A stretch of DNA of 20,052 nt from a virus. Lineage: Duplodnaviria; Heunggongvirae; Uroviricota; Caudoviricetes. Below the pieces are notes generated by a model, which saw only the letters and a program-made list of their open reading frames with translations, had not been told where the DNA came from and searched no databases. Both the position numbers and the translations under genes were made by a program. This document shows, piece after piece, positions 7,962 through 15,139 of this stretch (positions are counted from its first letter, which is position 1; each line of letters begins with the position of its first letter). Where the stretch lies: the IMG/VR virus record IMGVR_UViG_2534681705_000013, positions 1 through 20,052 of that record; one strand, written 5' to 3'.

Positions 7962-8064
7962 CCAGACACAAAACACAAAAAGAAACCAAAGTATCAAAAA
8001 TCACTTGCTACATCTTGATACCTTAGTTACCATAAAACAAAGTTCGTAACTGAGGTATCATCTC
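7962..8064. promoter_or_regulatory. OL-like operator/promoter region for the plus-strand early operon
   Basis: CCAAAGTATCAA at 7986-7997 and inverted TTGATAC at 8015-8021 (17-bp spacing) immediately upstream of the next plus-strand gene. Confidence 0.4.
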
Positions 8065-8568
8065 ATGATCAATAAAGCCACAACTCTTGACTGTCTCGAA
8101 GAACTGAAAAACCTCGGCAGCCTCATTACGCTAATAGCAAAAGCAACACCAGATGCTACGCTCTCTAGCGATATAGAGTCATGCGCAGGACTGGCATGGG
8201 ATATGACAAATAGCATATCCAGAAAGCTATCGTCAGCAATGCTTTTACAGAACAAAAATTCTGCAATCAACAACCGTCTTCGCACCCAACGCGAAGCCTG
8301 CGGCTTAACAACCGCCGAACTCGCCAGGCTGCTCGATCTCGATGAAGAAATCATCATCCAGTGGGAGAGCGGAGAGTATGAACCAACTATCAGTATGCTT
8401 ATCCCACTGGCAAATATTCTTGGCTGCGATCCGATGTGGCTGTTAACTGGCGAGGTTACTCCTCCGGAGCAACCAAAAAGTGAGGAGCAGCAACACCATG
8501 ACGCATCTCAACAAGTTTGCTCCTTATCTCGCGAAGCTCTTCTACGGAAGAACCAATACCAATGGTGA
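8065..8568 (+). CDS. XRE-family HTH protein with the HTH in the C-terminal half
   Basis: 167 aa; residues ~85-140 (LRTQREACGLTTAELARLLDLDEEIIIQWESGEYEPTISMLIPLANILGCDPMWLL) are a classic XRE/Cro-type HTH; the N-terminal ~80 aa are unassigned. First gene after the OL-like region. Confidence 0.6.
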   Translation: MINKATTLDCLEELKNLGSLITLIAKATPDATLSSDIESCAGLAWDMTNSISRKLSSAMLLQNKNSAINNRLRTQREACGLTTAELARLLDLDEEIIIQWESGEYEPTISMLIPLANILGCDPMWLLTGEVTPPEQPKSEEQQHHDASQQVCSLSREALLRKNQYQW

Positions 8569-8696
8569 CATAATCGCCGCTTCGCCCCTCAAGGTACATG
8601 CGAACATTTTTATCAATCATTGCGGAAACAGTCTCAATATGAAAACACTTCTGAGACTCGCTATATAGCAGAACATATAAGTCAGCTGAGGAAGCC

Positions 8697-9062
8697 ATGA
8701 AAAAGTTCGAAAACATAACTGTTCTCCATGTTGATGACTTTGATTATACAAACCCGGAACTTCTCCCGGAGGTTGTAAAGGCAATAGATGTTGCCGATAT
8801 AGTGATTAGAGGAAAGAGAATTGTCAAAAACAGGCTCGCATGCACTTCAGGAGCAATGACAGAAACAACCTCACAACAAGATGATTATGAAGGCATTTGT
8901 CTGGAGCCGGACTCATTTGCGGTAAATGTTTATCATTTATTGCATGCAACACAGGTATTACATATGTCCAGTAATCACGAAACAAAAACACTTGGCAGCG
9001 AAATTCTGAATTTTGCATGTGAATATGCAAAATCTGCTGCCGAAAAAGAATTAGCGCAATAA
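8697..9062 (+). CDS. hypothetical protein
   Basis: 121-aa ORF with a GAGGAA SD upstream of the ATG. Confidence 0.5.
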   Translation: MKKFENITVLHVDDFDYTNPELLPEVVKAIDVADIVIRGKRIVKNRLACTSGAMTETTSQQDDYEGICLEPDSFAVNVYHLLHATQVLHMSSNHETKTLGSEILNFACEYAKSAAEKELAQ

Positions 9063-9243
9063 CAATAAATATTCCCTGAATGTTTATTACGGTTTTATCG
9101 CCGGGGATTGTTGCAACCTTTATTCGCAGGAGATTATGTTATGACTTTCCTGAAACATAAGGCATCGTATAAAACTGCCTGCCTCATTGCACAACATGGA
9201 GATTCTTATCTTCATATAGCCAGCCTGTATTTGCGCAAAGCAT

Positions 9244-9447
9244 ATGGGAGATAAGTCAATGGAAGAAAAACAACAAAACATAACACATAAAAAAGTAAGA
9301 GTGTTGCTAACCATTGAAAATGGTGAAGTAATTTACTCAAAACATCTGTTGGATAATGAATTCGTTGGTTGCATGGATACATTTCTGTGGATGGCAAAAA
9401 GAGCTGGCTACACGATTATTCCACCAGCAAAGGAGCAAACATTATGA
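9244..9447 (+). CDS. hypothetical small protein
   Basis: 67-aa ORF (alternative start ATG 9259 with GGGAG SD); its stop overlaps the start of the next gene (ATGA at 9444-9447). Confidence 0.4.
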   Translation: MGDKSMEEKQQNITHKKVRVLLTIENGEVIYSKHLLDNEFVGCMDTFLWMAKRAGYTIIPPAKEQTL

Positions 9448-10025
9448 ATCATTCAGAGTTCCGACCAGAAGTAACGCCACATGGCATAAAAATTGGTAAT
9501 ACAACCATTGATTATATTGAGGCCGTACAGCGGCTTAATGATGGCGAATTCGATAATCCATACTGGCACGGTTTAAGAATCATGCAATGTCTTGCCGAAG
9601 CTGATGATGCCGGATTGCTGGGAAGATTTTCAGTCGATCTGAAGGTTGCTCAGTGGCGCTGGCTGTATGTGATGAAGTTTATCAGTGAAGAGGAAGACAA
9701 GAACGGCACTATTGATATCCCTAACGATAACGGGACGATAGATCGCGCAGTTATTTACAAGGGGAAACATGGTTGCATAAGTATATACCCAGGACCACTT
9801 CGCATTGCCCTGCAAAACCATGTCGAATGGGGATTTATTGAAAAATATGGCGAAACTGAAGGCATGGGGCGAGTTCTGTTTCTCTATCAAAAAATGCTCA
9901 TCGCAGATCCTGATAATGGTTTCATTCTCTCTGCTATGGGGCGCGAAGGGCTTAAACTCCTTCTGGATGAAATGATTAACGACCTGAATACTCATGGTAT
10001 GCCAGAAGCGCCTGTGACACATTAA
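9444..10025 (+). CDS. hypothetical protein
   Basis: ORF-track ORF 9369..10025; preferred start is ATG at 9444 (AAGGAG SD, MNHSEFRPE…), 193 aa; translationally coupled to the upstream small ORF. Confidence 0.55.
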   Translation: MNHSEFRPEVTPHGIKIGNTTIDYIEAVQRLNDGEFDNPYWHGLRIMQCLAEADDAGLLGRFSVDLKVAQWRWLYVMKFISEEEDKNGTIDIPNDNGTIDRAVIYKGKHGCISIYPGPLRIALQNHVEWGFIEKYGETEGMGRVLFLYQKMLIADPDNGFILSAMGREGLKLLLDEMINDLNTHGMPEAPVTH

Positions 10026-10201
10026 ATATTAAGAAGAAAATAATTCTTCCGTTTTTTACTAACCGTTTATATGAAAAGCAACCGTGAATTAAACAGAGTA
10101 AAACTGATTTTAATCCTTGCCACAGTACTGACACTAACTGAAATCATTATTCTCTTTATTGCGCTGTCAGTCGGTTAAAAATATCTGGATACCACAGACC
10201 A

Positions 10202-10390
10202 ATGAGACTGTATTTCACAATAGTAATTTTACTGGCAATTATCGCATGCATTTACGGATTACTCGTTCCGTTCCTTATATCCATGAAGGATACGATAGCA
10301 GTTATTTCTGGCTTTGCACTGGCGTTTCTGACTCCGCCCTGCATTTATGCCATTTACAAGGGGCTTTCTTTCACTAAGGATAAAAGATGA
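10202..10390 (+). CDS. small hydrophobic membrane protein (two predicted TM helices)
   Basis: 62 aa, mostly hydrophobic; stop overlaps the start of the SPFH gene (ATGA at 10387-10390). Confidence 0.45.
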   Translation: MRLYFTIVILLAIIACIYGLLVPFLISMKDTIAVISGFALAFLTPPCIYAIYKGLSFTKDKR

Positions 10391-11214
10391 AAAAAAATAT
10401 TTTTGCTTTAGCCATTGTTCTGCCGACTATTGGCCTTGTCGGTTGCGATCGCGTTGAACCAGGTAATGTTGGCATCAAGGTAAATAAACTGGGCGACGAC
10501 AAAGGCGTCGGTGAGGTGGTCGGTGTTGGTCGCTACTGGACTGGCTGGAATACTGAAGTTTATATCTTCCCCACCTTCAAACAAATGAAGACCTACGATG
10601 AACCGTTCAGTTTCCAGATGAGTGACGGTACAACCATCGGCTATCACATTGGCGTGGCCTACAAAGTTGATCCATCCAAAGTTACCACGGTGTTTCAGAC
10701 CTACCGCAAAGGCGTGGATGACATTACAGACACCGACCTGCGCCAGAAGATCGCCGACGCACTCAACCGACTGGCCAGCAAAATGACCACTGACAAATTT
10801 ATCGACGGCGGCAAGTCTGAGCTGCTGGATGAAGCTCTTAAAGACATTCAGGCAGAGATGACACCTATCGGTATTCAGGTAATGAGCCTCTCATATGTGG
10901 GTAAGCCGGAGTACCCGTCAACCGTTATCGACAGCATTAATGCCAAAGTCACGGCGAACCAGAAAACACTGCAGCGCGAGCAGGAAGTTAAACAGCGCGA
11001 AGCGGAAGCCAACATGTTGCGCGCGGAAGCTGCCGGACAGGCTGATGCGATTCGCACAAAAGCCCAGGCCGAAGCCGATGCTATTCGTTTACGCGGTGAA
11101 GCTCTGCGCCAGAACCCCGGCGTTATGGAGCTGGAAGCCATCAATAAATGGAACGGCACACTGCCGCAATACATGACTAGCGGTTCTAATACACCATTTA
11201 TCCAGGTTAAATAA
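10387..11214 (+). CDS. SPFH/band-7 (HflC/stomatin-like) domain lipoprotein
   Basis: 275 aa; signal peptide with lipobox LVGC; core resembling band-7/SPFH proteins; C-terminal Ala/Glu/Arg/Gln-rich coiled-coil typical of the family. Confidence 0.8.
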   Translation: MKKNIFALAIVLPTIGLVGCDRVEPGNVGIKVNKLGDDKGVGEVVGVGRYWTGWNTEVYIFPTFKQMKTYDEPFSFQMSDGTTIGYHIGVAYKVDPSKVTTVFQTYRKGVDDITDTDLRQKIADALNRLASKMTTDKFIDGGKSELLDEALKDIQAEMTPIGIQVMSLSYVGKPEYPSTVIDSINAKVTANQKTLQREQEVKQREAEANMLRAEAAGQADAIRTKAQAEADAIRLRGEALRQNPGVMELEAINKWNGTLPQYMTSGSNTPFIQVK

Positions 11215-11254
11215 CTTATATGCCCGGCAGAACGCCGGGCTAAGGAAAAAGCAG

Positions 11255-11614
11255 ATGAATACCCAGAATACTCAACCGCAAATAATGAACTATGACCCGA
11301 ATCTGACGTTGTGCGGACGCATGGCAAAACAAACCGTTCGATTAACTTTCGGGCTATGGGAATACCGCGAAACATTCGAAGTCACTGTCGGCGGCAATCT
11401 GACCGGACTGGATGTTATCAGTTGCGCTATTGAAAGCCTGTACGCAACGCTGCCTTATGAAGAAGTCGAGGATGAGCGCGATATCATAGCCACCATTAAT
11501 ATCGGCGGACTGGAATGCAAGGATGAAAACCTGTCCGGAGAGCTCTGGCTTGCCGGGATGCTTATCTCAGCAGAAATTATCAGTATTGAACCCGCTACAA
11601 ACATACGGCTCTGA
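11255..11614 (+). CDS. hypothetical protein
   Basis: 119-aa ORF with AAGGAAAAAG SD; preceded by a GC hairpin at ~11222-11240. Confidence 0.5.
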   Translation: MNTQNTQPQIMNYDPNLTLCGRMAKQTVRLTFGLWEYRETFEVTVGGNLTGLDVISCAIESLYATLPYEEVEDERDIIATINIGGLECKDENLSGELWLAGMLISAEIISIEPATNIRL

Positions 11615-11645
11615 AGTTCTCACTATTCAGAGAGCAGGAGAAAAA

Positions 11646-11888
11646 ATGTTCGCTTTGATTAATCAAGGGCAACTGTATACCGACAGTGCCGGTTACCCGG
11701 TAAAAATTATTCGCTGCATAAACAACACTGTGTTGTACAGAAGAATGGATGGGCGAACACAATCGGTAAAAATAAACGATTTTAATGAACTGTTTGAACG
11801 GATCGATCACCAGGAATACCGACAAATTCTGGCAGAAACAGAGCAGGAAGCTCATCTGAAAAAATTACGGGCCATGAAAAGGAAGTAA
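11646..11888 (+). CDS. hypothetical protein
   Basis: Internal ATG of ORF 11523..11888 with an AGGAG SD (MFALINQGQLY…), 80 aa. Confidence 0.45.
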   Translation: MFALINQGQLYTDSAGYPVKIIRCINNTVLYRRMDGRTQSVKINDFNELFERIDHQEYRQILAETEQEAHLKKLRAMKRK

Positions 11889-11891
11889 AGA

Positions 11892-12038
11892 ATGAATAAA
11901 GCGTTTGAGCTATGGGTACGCCAGCGTTACGGCAATCGCTATGACCTGACGCGAGATGTTGACGGCTTCTACTGTCGTGAAGTTGTGAAACGAATGTTTG
12001 AAGTGTGGTGCCACTGCCGTGGGCTGAATGTTGTATGA
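11892..12038 (+). CDS. hypothetical small protein
   Basis: 48-codon ORF (MNKAFELWVRQRYG…) with AAGGAAG SD; below the ORF-track size cutoff; tightly packed between neighbours. Confidence 0.3.
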   Translation: MNKAFELWVRQRYGNRYDLTRDVDGFYCREVVKRMFEVWCHCRGLNVV

Positions 12039-12046
12039 GGTGAACT

Positions 12047-12256
12047 GTGGGGCTGGATTGCGTGCCTATATCAACCTACTGCCGCGACGCGGGAGAAACG
12101 GTTGATGCCGTTAACAAACGGATACAAAGAGGAATATGGAAAGAAGGGGTTCATGTATTAAAAGTCGACGGAGTTAAAGAACGCTGGGTCGACTTAATAG
12201 AGGTTTCAAAATGGGCAAGAAAGAACAAGGATTATTATCTCTGCCAAGAGGAGTAA
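12047..12256 (+). CDS. putative excisionase (Xis-like DNA-binding protein)
   Basis: 69-aa ORF with GTG start and GAGGTG SD; overlaps the integrase start by 46 bp, the usual xis-int arrangement in lambdoid phages. Confidence 0.45.
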   Translation: MGLDCVPISTYCRDAGETVDAVNKRIQRGIWKEGVHVLKVDGVKERWVDLIEVSKWARKNKDYYLCQEE

Positions 12257-13395
12257 CTATTCGTAAGCATAAAACTGCTTCAACACTAGTTATCACTTTC
12301 ACATATAAAGGGGTTCTTTGCAGGGAGCCCCTGTCTCGGCTTGAGGCAAATACACGTGGTATTAAATATGCTGAGCGCCTGCTAGGGGAGATACAAAATC
12401 AGATCGCCAGCGGAACGTTTGAATATGCGAAATATTTCCCCAGTTCCAAAAAACTGGAGTTATTCGGTGTAGTAAAGAAAACCAAAAATATTAAGTCCTA
12501 TCTTGATGAATACCTGAAAATTTGCGTGAACCGCAATCTGTCGCCGTCAACCATTGGCGGTTACGAAAAATGTCTATCAGCACTATCAGAACTACATAAA
12601 CTACATGTAACAGAATTGACGCCTGCGGTACTAAAAAATTGGATAGCCAGCCGAAAAACTAAGCTGAAAACAATCAGGAACAACCTGTCATTTCTGCGCA
12701 GCGCCATTGATGAGGCTGTAACTGATGGCCTGTTGACTATTAACCCGGTAACTCTTGTCAGCGCCAGCCGGTATCACGTGGTCGACAGTAAACCGAACGC
12801 CGACGATTACGAAGTTGATCCGTTTGCGCCTGCGGAAACCAGTGCAATATATCAGCACTGCAAGTATCAGGAATGGCAGAATCTGTTCCGCTTCGCCTTC
12901 AATACAGGGCTACGCAGCTCTGAGCTATGCGCATTACGTTGGACCGATATCGACTTTATAGGTAATACAGCGCACATACAGGCAGCCAGTGTCGTAGGCG
13001 TATTGAAAGGCACCAAAACAAAAGCAGGCACCCGTAAAGTGGAATTAAACAGTGAGGCTCTGGCGGCTCTGCAAGCACAAAAGCAATTCACATTCATGAA
13101 AAGCGAGTTCATATTCAGTGACCCCAAAACGAAAGAGCCTTGGGCGAACGCTGATGCAATCCGCAAAAAAGCATGGGTTCCCACCCTTAAAAAAGCCGGT
13201 GTCCGTTACCGTAACCCCTACCAGACGCGACACACGTTCGCCACGCGGCACATCAGCCAAGGTGTAAATCTATTCTGGCTTGCTGGCCAGATGGGCCACA
13301 AAGGACCGGAAATGCTGTTCCGACATTATGGTCGCTACCTTTCGGCCTATGATGGCAAAACGTCACTTGATAGCCATGCACAACATTTTACGTGA
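12211..13395 (+). CDS. lambda-family tyrosine integrase
   Basis: 394 aa; lambda-Int-like N-terminus (MGKK…LPRGV.IRK), catalytic-domain signatures (TGLRSSELCALRW, HTFATRH, LAGQMGHK…RHYGRY). Confidence 0.9.
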   Translation: MGKKEQGLLSLPRGVTIRKHKTASTLVITFTYKGVLCREPLSRLEANTRGIKYAERLLGEIQNQIASGTFEYAKYFPSSKKLELFGVVKKTKNIKSYLDEYLKICVNRNLSPSTIGGYEKCLSALSELHKLHVTELTPAVLKNWIASRKTKLKTIRNNLSFLRSAIDEAVTDGLLTINPVTLVSASRYHVVDSKPNADDYEVDPFAPAETSAIYQHCKYQEWQNLFRFAFNTGLRSSELCALRWTDIDFIGNTAHIQAASVVGVLKGTKTKAGTRKVELNSEALAALQAQKQFTFMKSEFIFSDPKTKEPWANADAIRKKAWVPTLKKAGVRYRNPYQTRHTFATRHISQGVNLFWLAGQMGHKGPEMLFRHYGRYLSAYDGKTSLDSHAQHFT

Positions 13396-13760
13396 TCACC
13401 CTATGCGCGCGTTTCCAATCACAAACATAGCAAAACTGAAGACCACCTTGATTAAAAAAATAAGCTATCATCTATGTAATCAATAGGTAAAAAAACAGTG
13501 TAAACCACCAAATAAAACCTTAAAAATCATGATGTTACACATTAGCAAGAAATGATGCAAAAACATTTCACTTGACTTATTTTAATATTATGATTTTAAA
13601 GAAAAAATATTTTTTACAAGACAGTGTATGGACTGTGATAGTACTTGAAGAGTGGTAGTACAAGCTGTTATCCTTTGCTCCACGAATACAAGATTTTGTT
13701 GTTTTTTGATTTTCAATCACTTAGCGTATCAGCGGCGAAGCGCAATAACTGGAGTCCACT

Positions 13761-13799
13761 ATGAAAAAAACCCTAGCAGTAGGTTTTGGTGAAGGTTAA
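13761..13799 (+). other. 12-codon leader-like uORF (MKKTLAVGFGEG)
   Basis: ATG with GGAG SD at 6-nt spacing; lies 44 nt upstream of the 13844-13870 hairpin and the membrane-protein gene. Confidence 0.3.
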
Positions 13800-13843
13800 C
13801 TTCTGATCTTTACTATTTAAAAAATGCTCTCCATTAGCACAAC

Positions 13844-13870
13844 AAGACCTCCTCATGGAGGTCTTTTGTT
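13844..13870 (+). terminator. intrinsic-terminator-like hairpin 16 nt upstream of the 13886 start codon (possible attenuator)
   Basis: 9-bp stem AAGACCTCC/GGAGGTCTT, loop TCAT, followed by TTTTGTT; the stem pairs a GGAGG with CCTCC. Confidence 0.45.
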
Positions 13871-13885
13871 ATAGGAAACAAAGAG

Positions 13886-14809
13886 ATGGCAAGGATTATT
13901 GTCAACATCAGCGCAACAGTTTTCACCCTTATGCTCTTATTTAGGGCATTGTTCACTTACATTTATCCAGACACACTTCCTTTCGATATAGCTATCATCG
14001 ACTGGCTTGTCGTAGCTTCAGGTTCAGGTGCTGCCATTTCTTCTATCTTCTGCTTTATCAAAAAACGCTACCCCGATACAGCAGAATTTTTACCGATGTT
14101 CAGCACAATTTGTTATGTGATCGTGCTGATCGGATACGCAATATTAAGGTACACCCCCACATATCAAACCTCATTGTCAATAATGGTTACAGGGATGTTA
14201 GTTGGTATGGGATGGTGGATACAGTGCATTACTTCTGCAGCCAATACTCGCAGATCACATACCCTGAACATGATCATTAACACGCGAACCAGCCCGGAAT
14301 ACCAGAAACAATTAAGAAACAGCACCGCTTTCTATCGAGGTATGCGCTATGTACCACAAGAACTTTCAGAATGGCGATGCAACCCTGATAAAGACGAATA
14401 TAAGAATATGAAAGTACCGGAAGAATATCGCGACGCAATTAATGGGCTTCTATATATTCTTAACTACTTTGAGTTTCTTGCCCAAGGGATCAAATTCAAA
14501 GATTTAGATGACGGGTTACTAAAAGAATGTTTCTCAAGCTTCCTAAGAGGCATCGAGAGGCGAGGGTTTCACATGATCTTAGAGTCGCAAAAGCAAGACC
14601 CAGCAGCATTTGAAGGAATTATTTATCTTTCTAAAAAATGGAATGGTTCATCATTTGTAGAAACTCACCGATCAAACCCAAATACTGTTGAACTTGGTAT
14701 CCCTTATCCGTCAAACGAAATTGTTGAGAAAATGGTGAAGGGCATCCCCATCCTTGAGGAAGAACCAGCGCCAGAGTTACATCTTGCCTCCGAAACAGAG
14801 ACTCAGTAA
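13886..14809 (+). CDS. membrane protein of unknown function (about four N-terminal TM helices plus a ~190-aa soluble C-terminal domain)
   Basis: 307-aa ORF; hydrophobic segments in the first ~120 residues, charged C-terminal domain; AT-rich; between the prophage integrase and the tmRNA core fragment. Confidence 0.65.
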   Translation: MARIIVNISATVFTLMLLFRALFTYIYPDTLPFDIAIIDWLVVASGSGAAISSIFCFIKKRYPDTAEFLPMFSTICYVIVLIGYAILRYTPTYQTSLSIMVTGMLVGMGWWIQCITSAANTRRSHTLNMIINTRTSPEYQKQLRNSTAFYRGMRYVPQELSEWRCNPDKDEYKNMKVPEEYRDAINGLLYILNYFEFLAQGIKFKDLDDGLLKECFSSFLRGIERRGFHMILESQKQDPAAFEGIIYLSKKWNGSSFVETHRSNPNTVELGIPYPSNEIVEKMVKGIPILEEEPAPELHLASETETQ

Positions 14810-14895
14810 TGACACAAGAGGGATATCAATATGCACGTAAAATGCACTTAGCCAGTATCAAAACTTAATAACTAAATATATTCAATGAGTTATGC

Positions 14896-14934
14896 TATTT
14901 TCGGACACGGGTTCAACTCCCGCCAGCTCCACCA
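14896..14934 (+). other. ssrA: 3'-terminal fragment of tmRNA (ssrA): T-arm and acceptor 3' strand ending CCA; attachment-site core
   Basis: ATTTTCGGACACGGGTTCAACTCCCGCCAGCTCCACCA matches the 3' end of enterobacterial tmRNA as I recall it, with one mismatch in the T-stem; upstream sequence is protein-coding, so the tmRNA body is absent. Confidence 0.7.
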
Positions 14935-14980
14935 AAATTCTCCATCGGTGATTACCAGAGTCATCCGATGAAGTCCTAAG

Positions 14981-15014
14981 AGCCCGCACGGCGCAAGCCC
15001 TGCGGGCTTTTTTG
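14981..15014 (+). terminator. intrinsic terminator (native ssrA terminator)
   Basis: Stem AGCCCGCA…TGCGGGCT followed by TTTTTTG, downstream of the CCA end. Confidence 0.6.
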
Positions 15015-15068
15015 TGCCCTCAATTTGTCCCGCGAAGTCCGAAGAAAACTAATTAAATCCGATCCTTT

Positions 15069-15120
15069 TAGGCACCTTGTTAGGCACCTCATAAAGCTTT
15101 ATTGTTTTTTGAGGTGCCTA
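15069..15120. promoter_or_regulatory. repeat cluster upstream of the P4-type integrase gene
   Basis: TAGGCACCT at 15069 and 15081 (direct), perfect palindrome ATAAAGCTTTAT at 15091-15102, inverted copy AGGTGCCTA at 15112-15120; ends 20 bp before the integrase ATG. Confidence 0.45.
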
Positions 15121-15139
15121 AAACTATGGAAACCCGGCA

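Noticed and set aside
8456-8716. Minus-strand ORF 8456..8716 (86 aa) and plus-strand ORF 8480..8668
   Set aside because: Overlap the 3' end of the HTH gene and the start of the next plus-strand gene, with no RBS or recognisable features; cannot be supported from sequence alone.
12755-13260. ORFs 12755..12961 (+), 12867..13184 (-) and 13045..13260 (-) inside the integrase gene
   Set aside because: Alternative-frame or antisense ORFs within a well-supported tyrosine integrase gene.
14896-14934. Complete tmRNA (ssrA) or tRNA gene
   Set aside because: Only the T-arm/acceptor 3' end is present; the upstream ~350 nt needed for the tmRNA body are protein-coding prophage sequence, and one T-stem position is mismatched.
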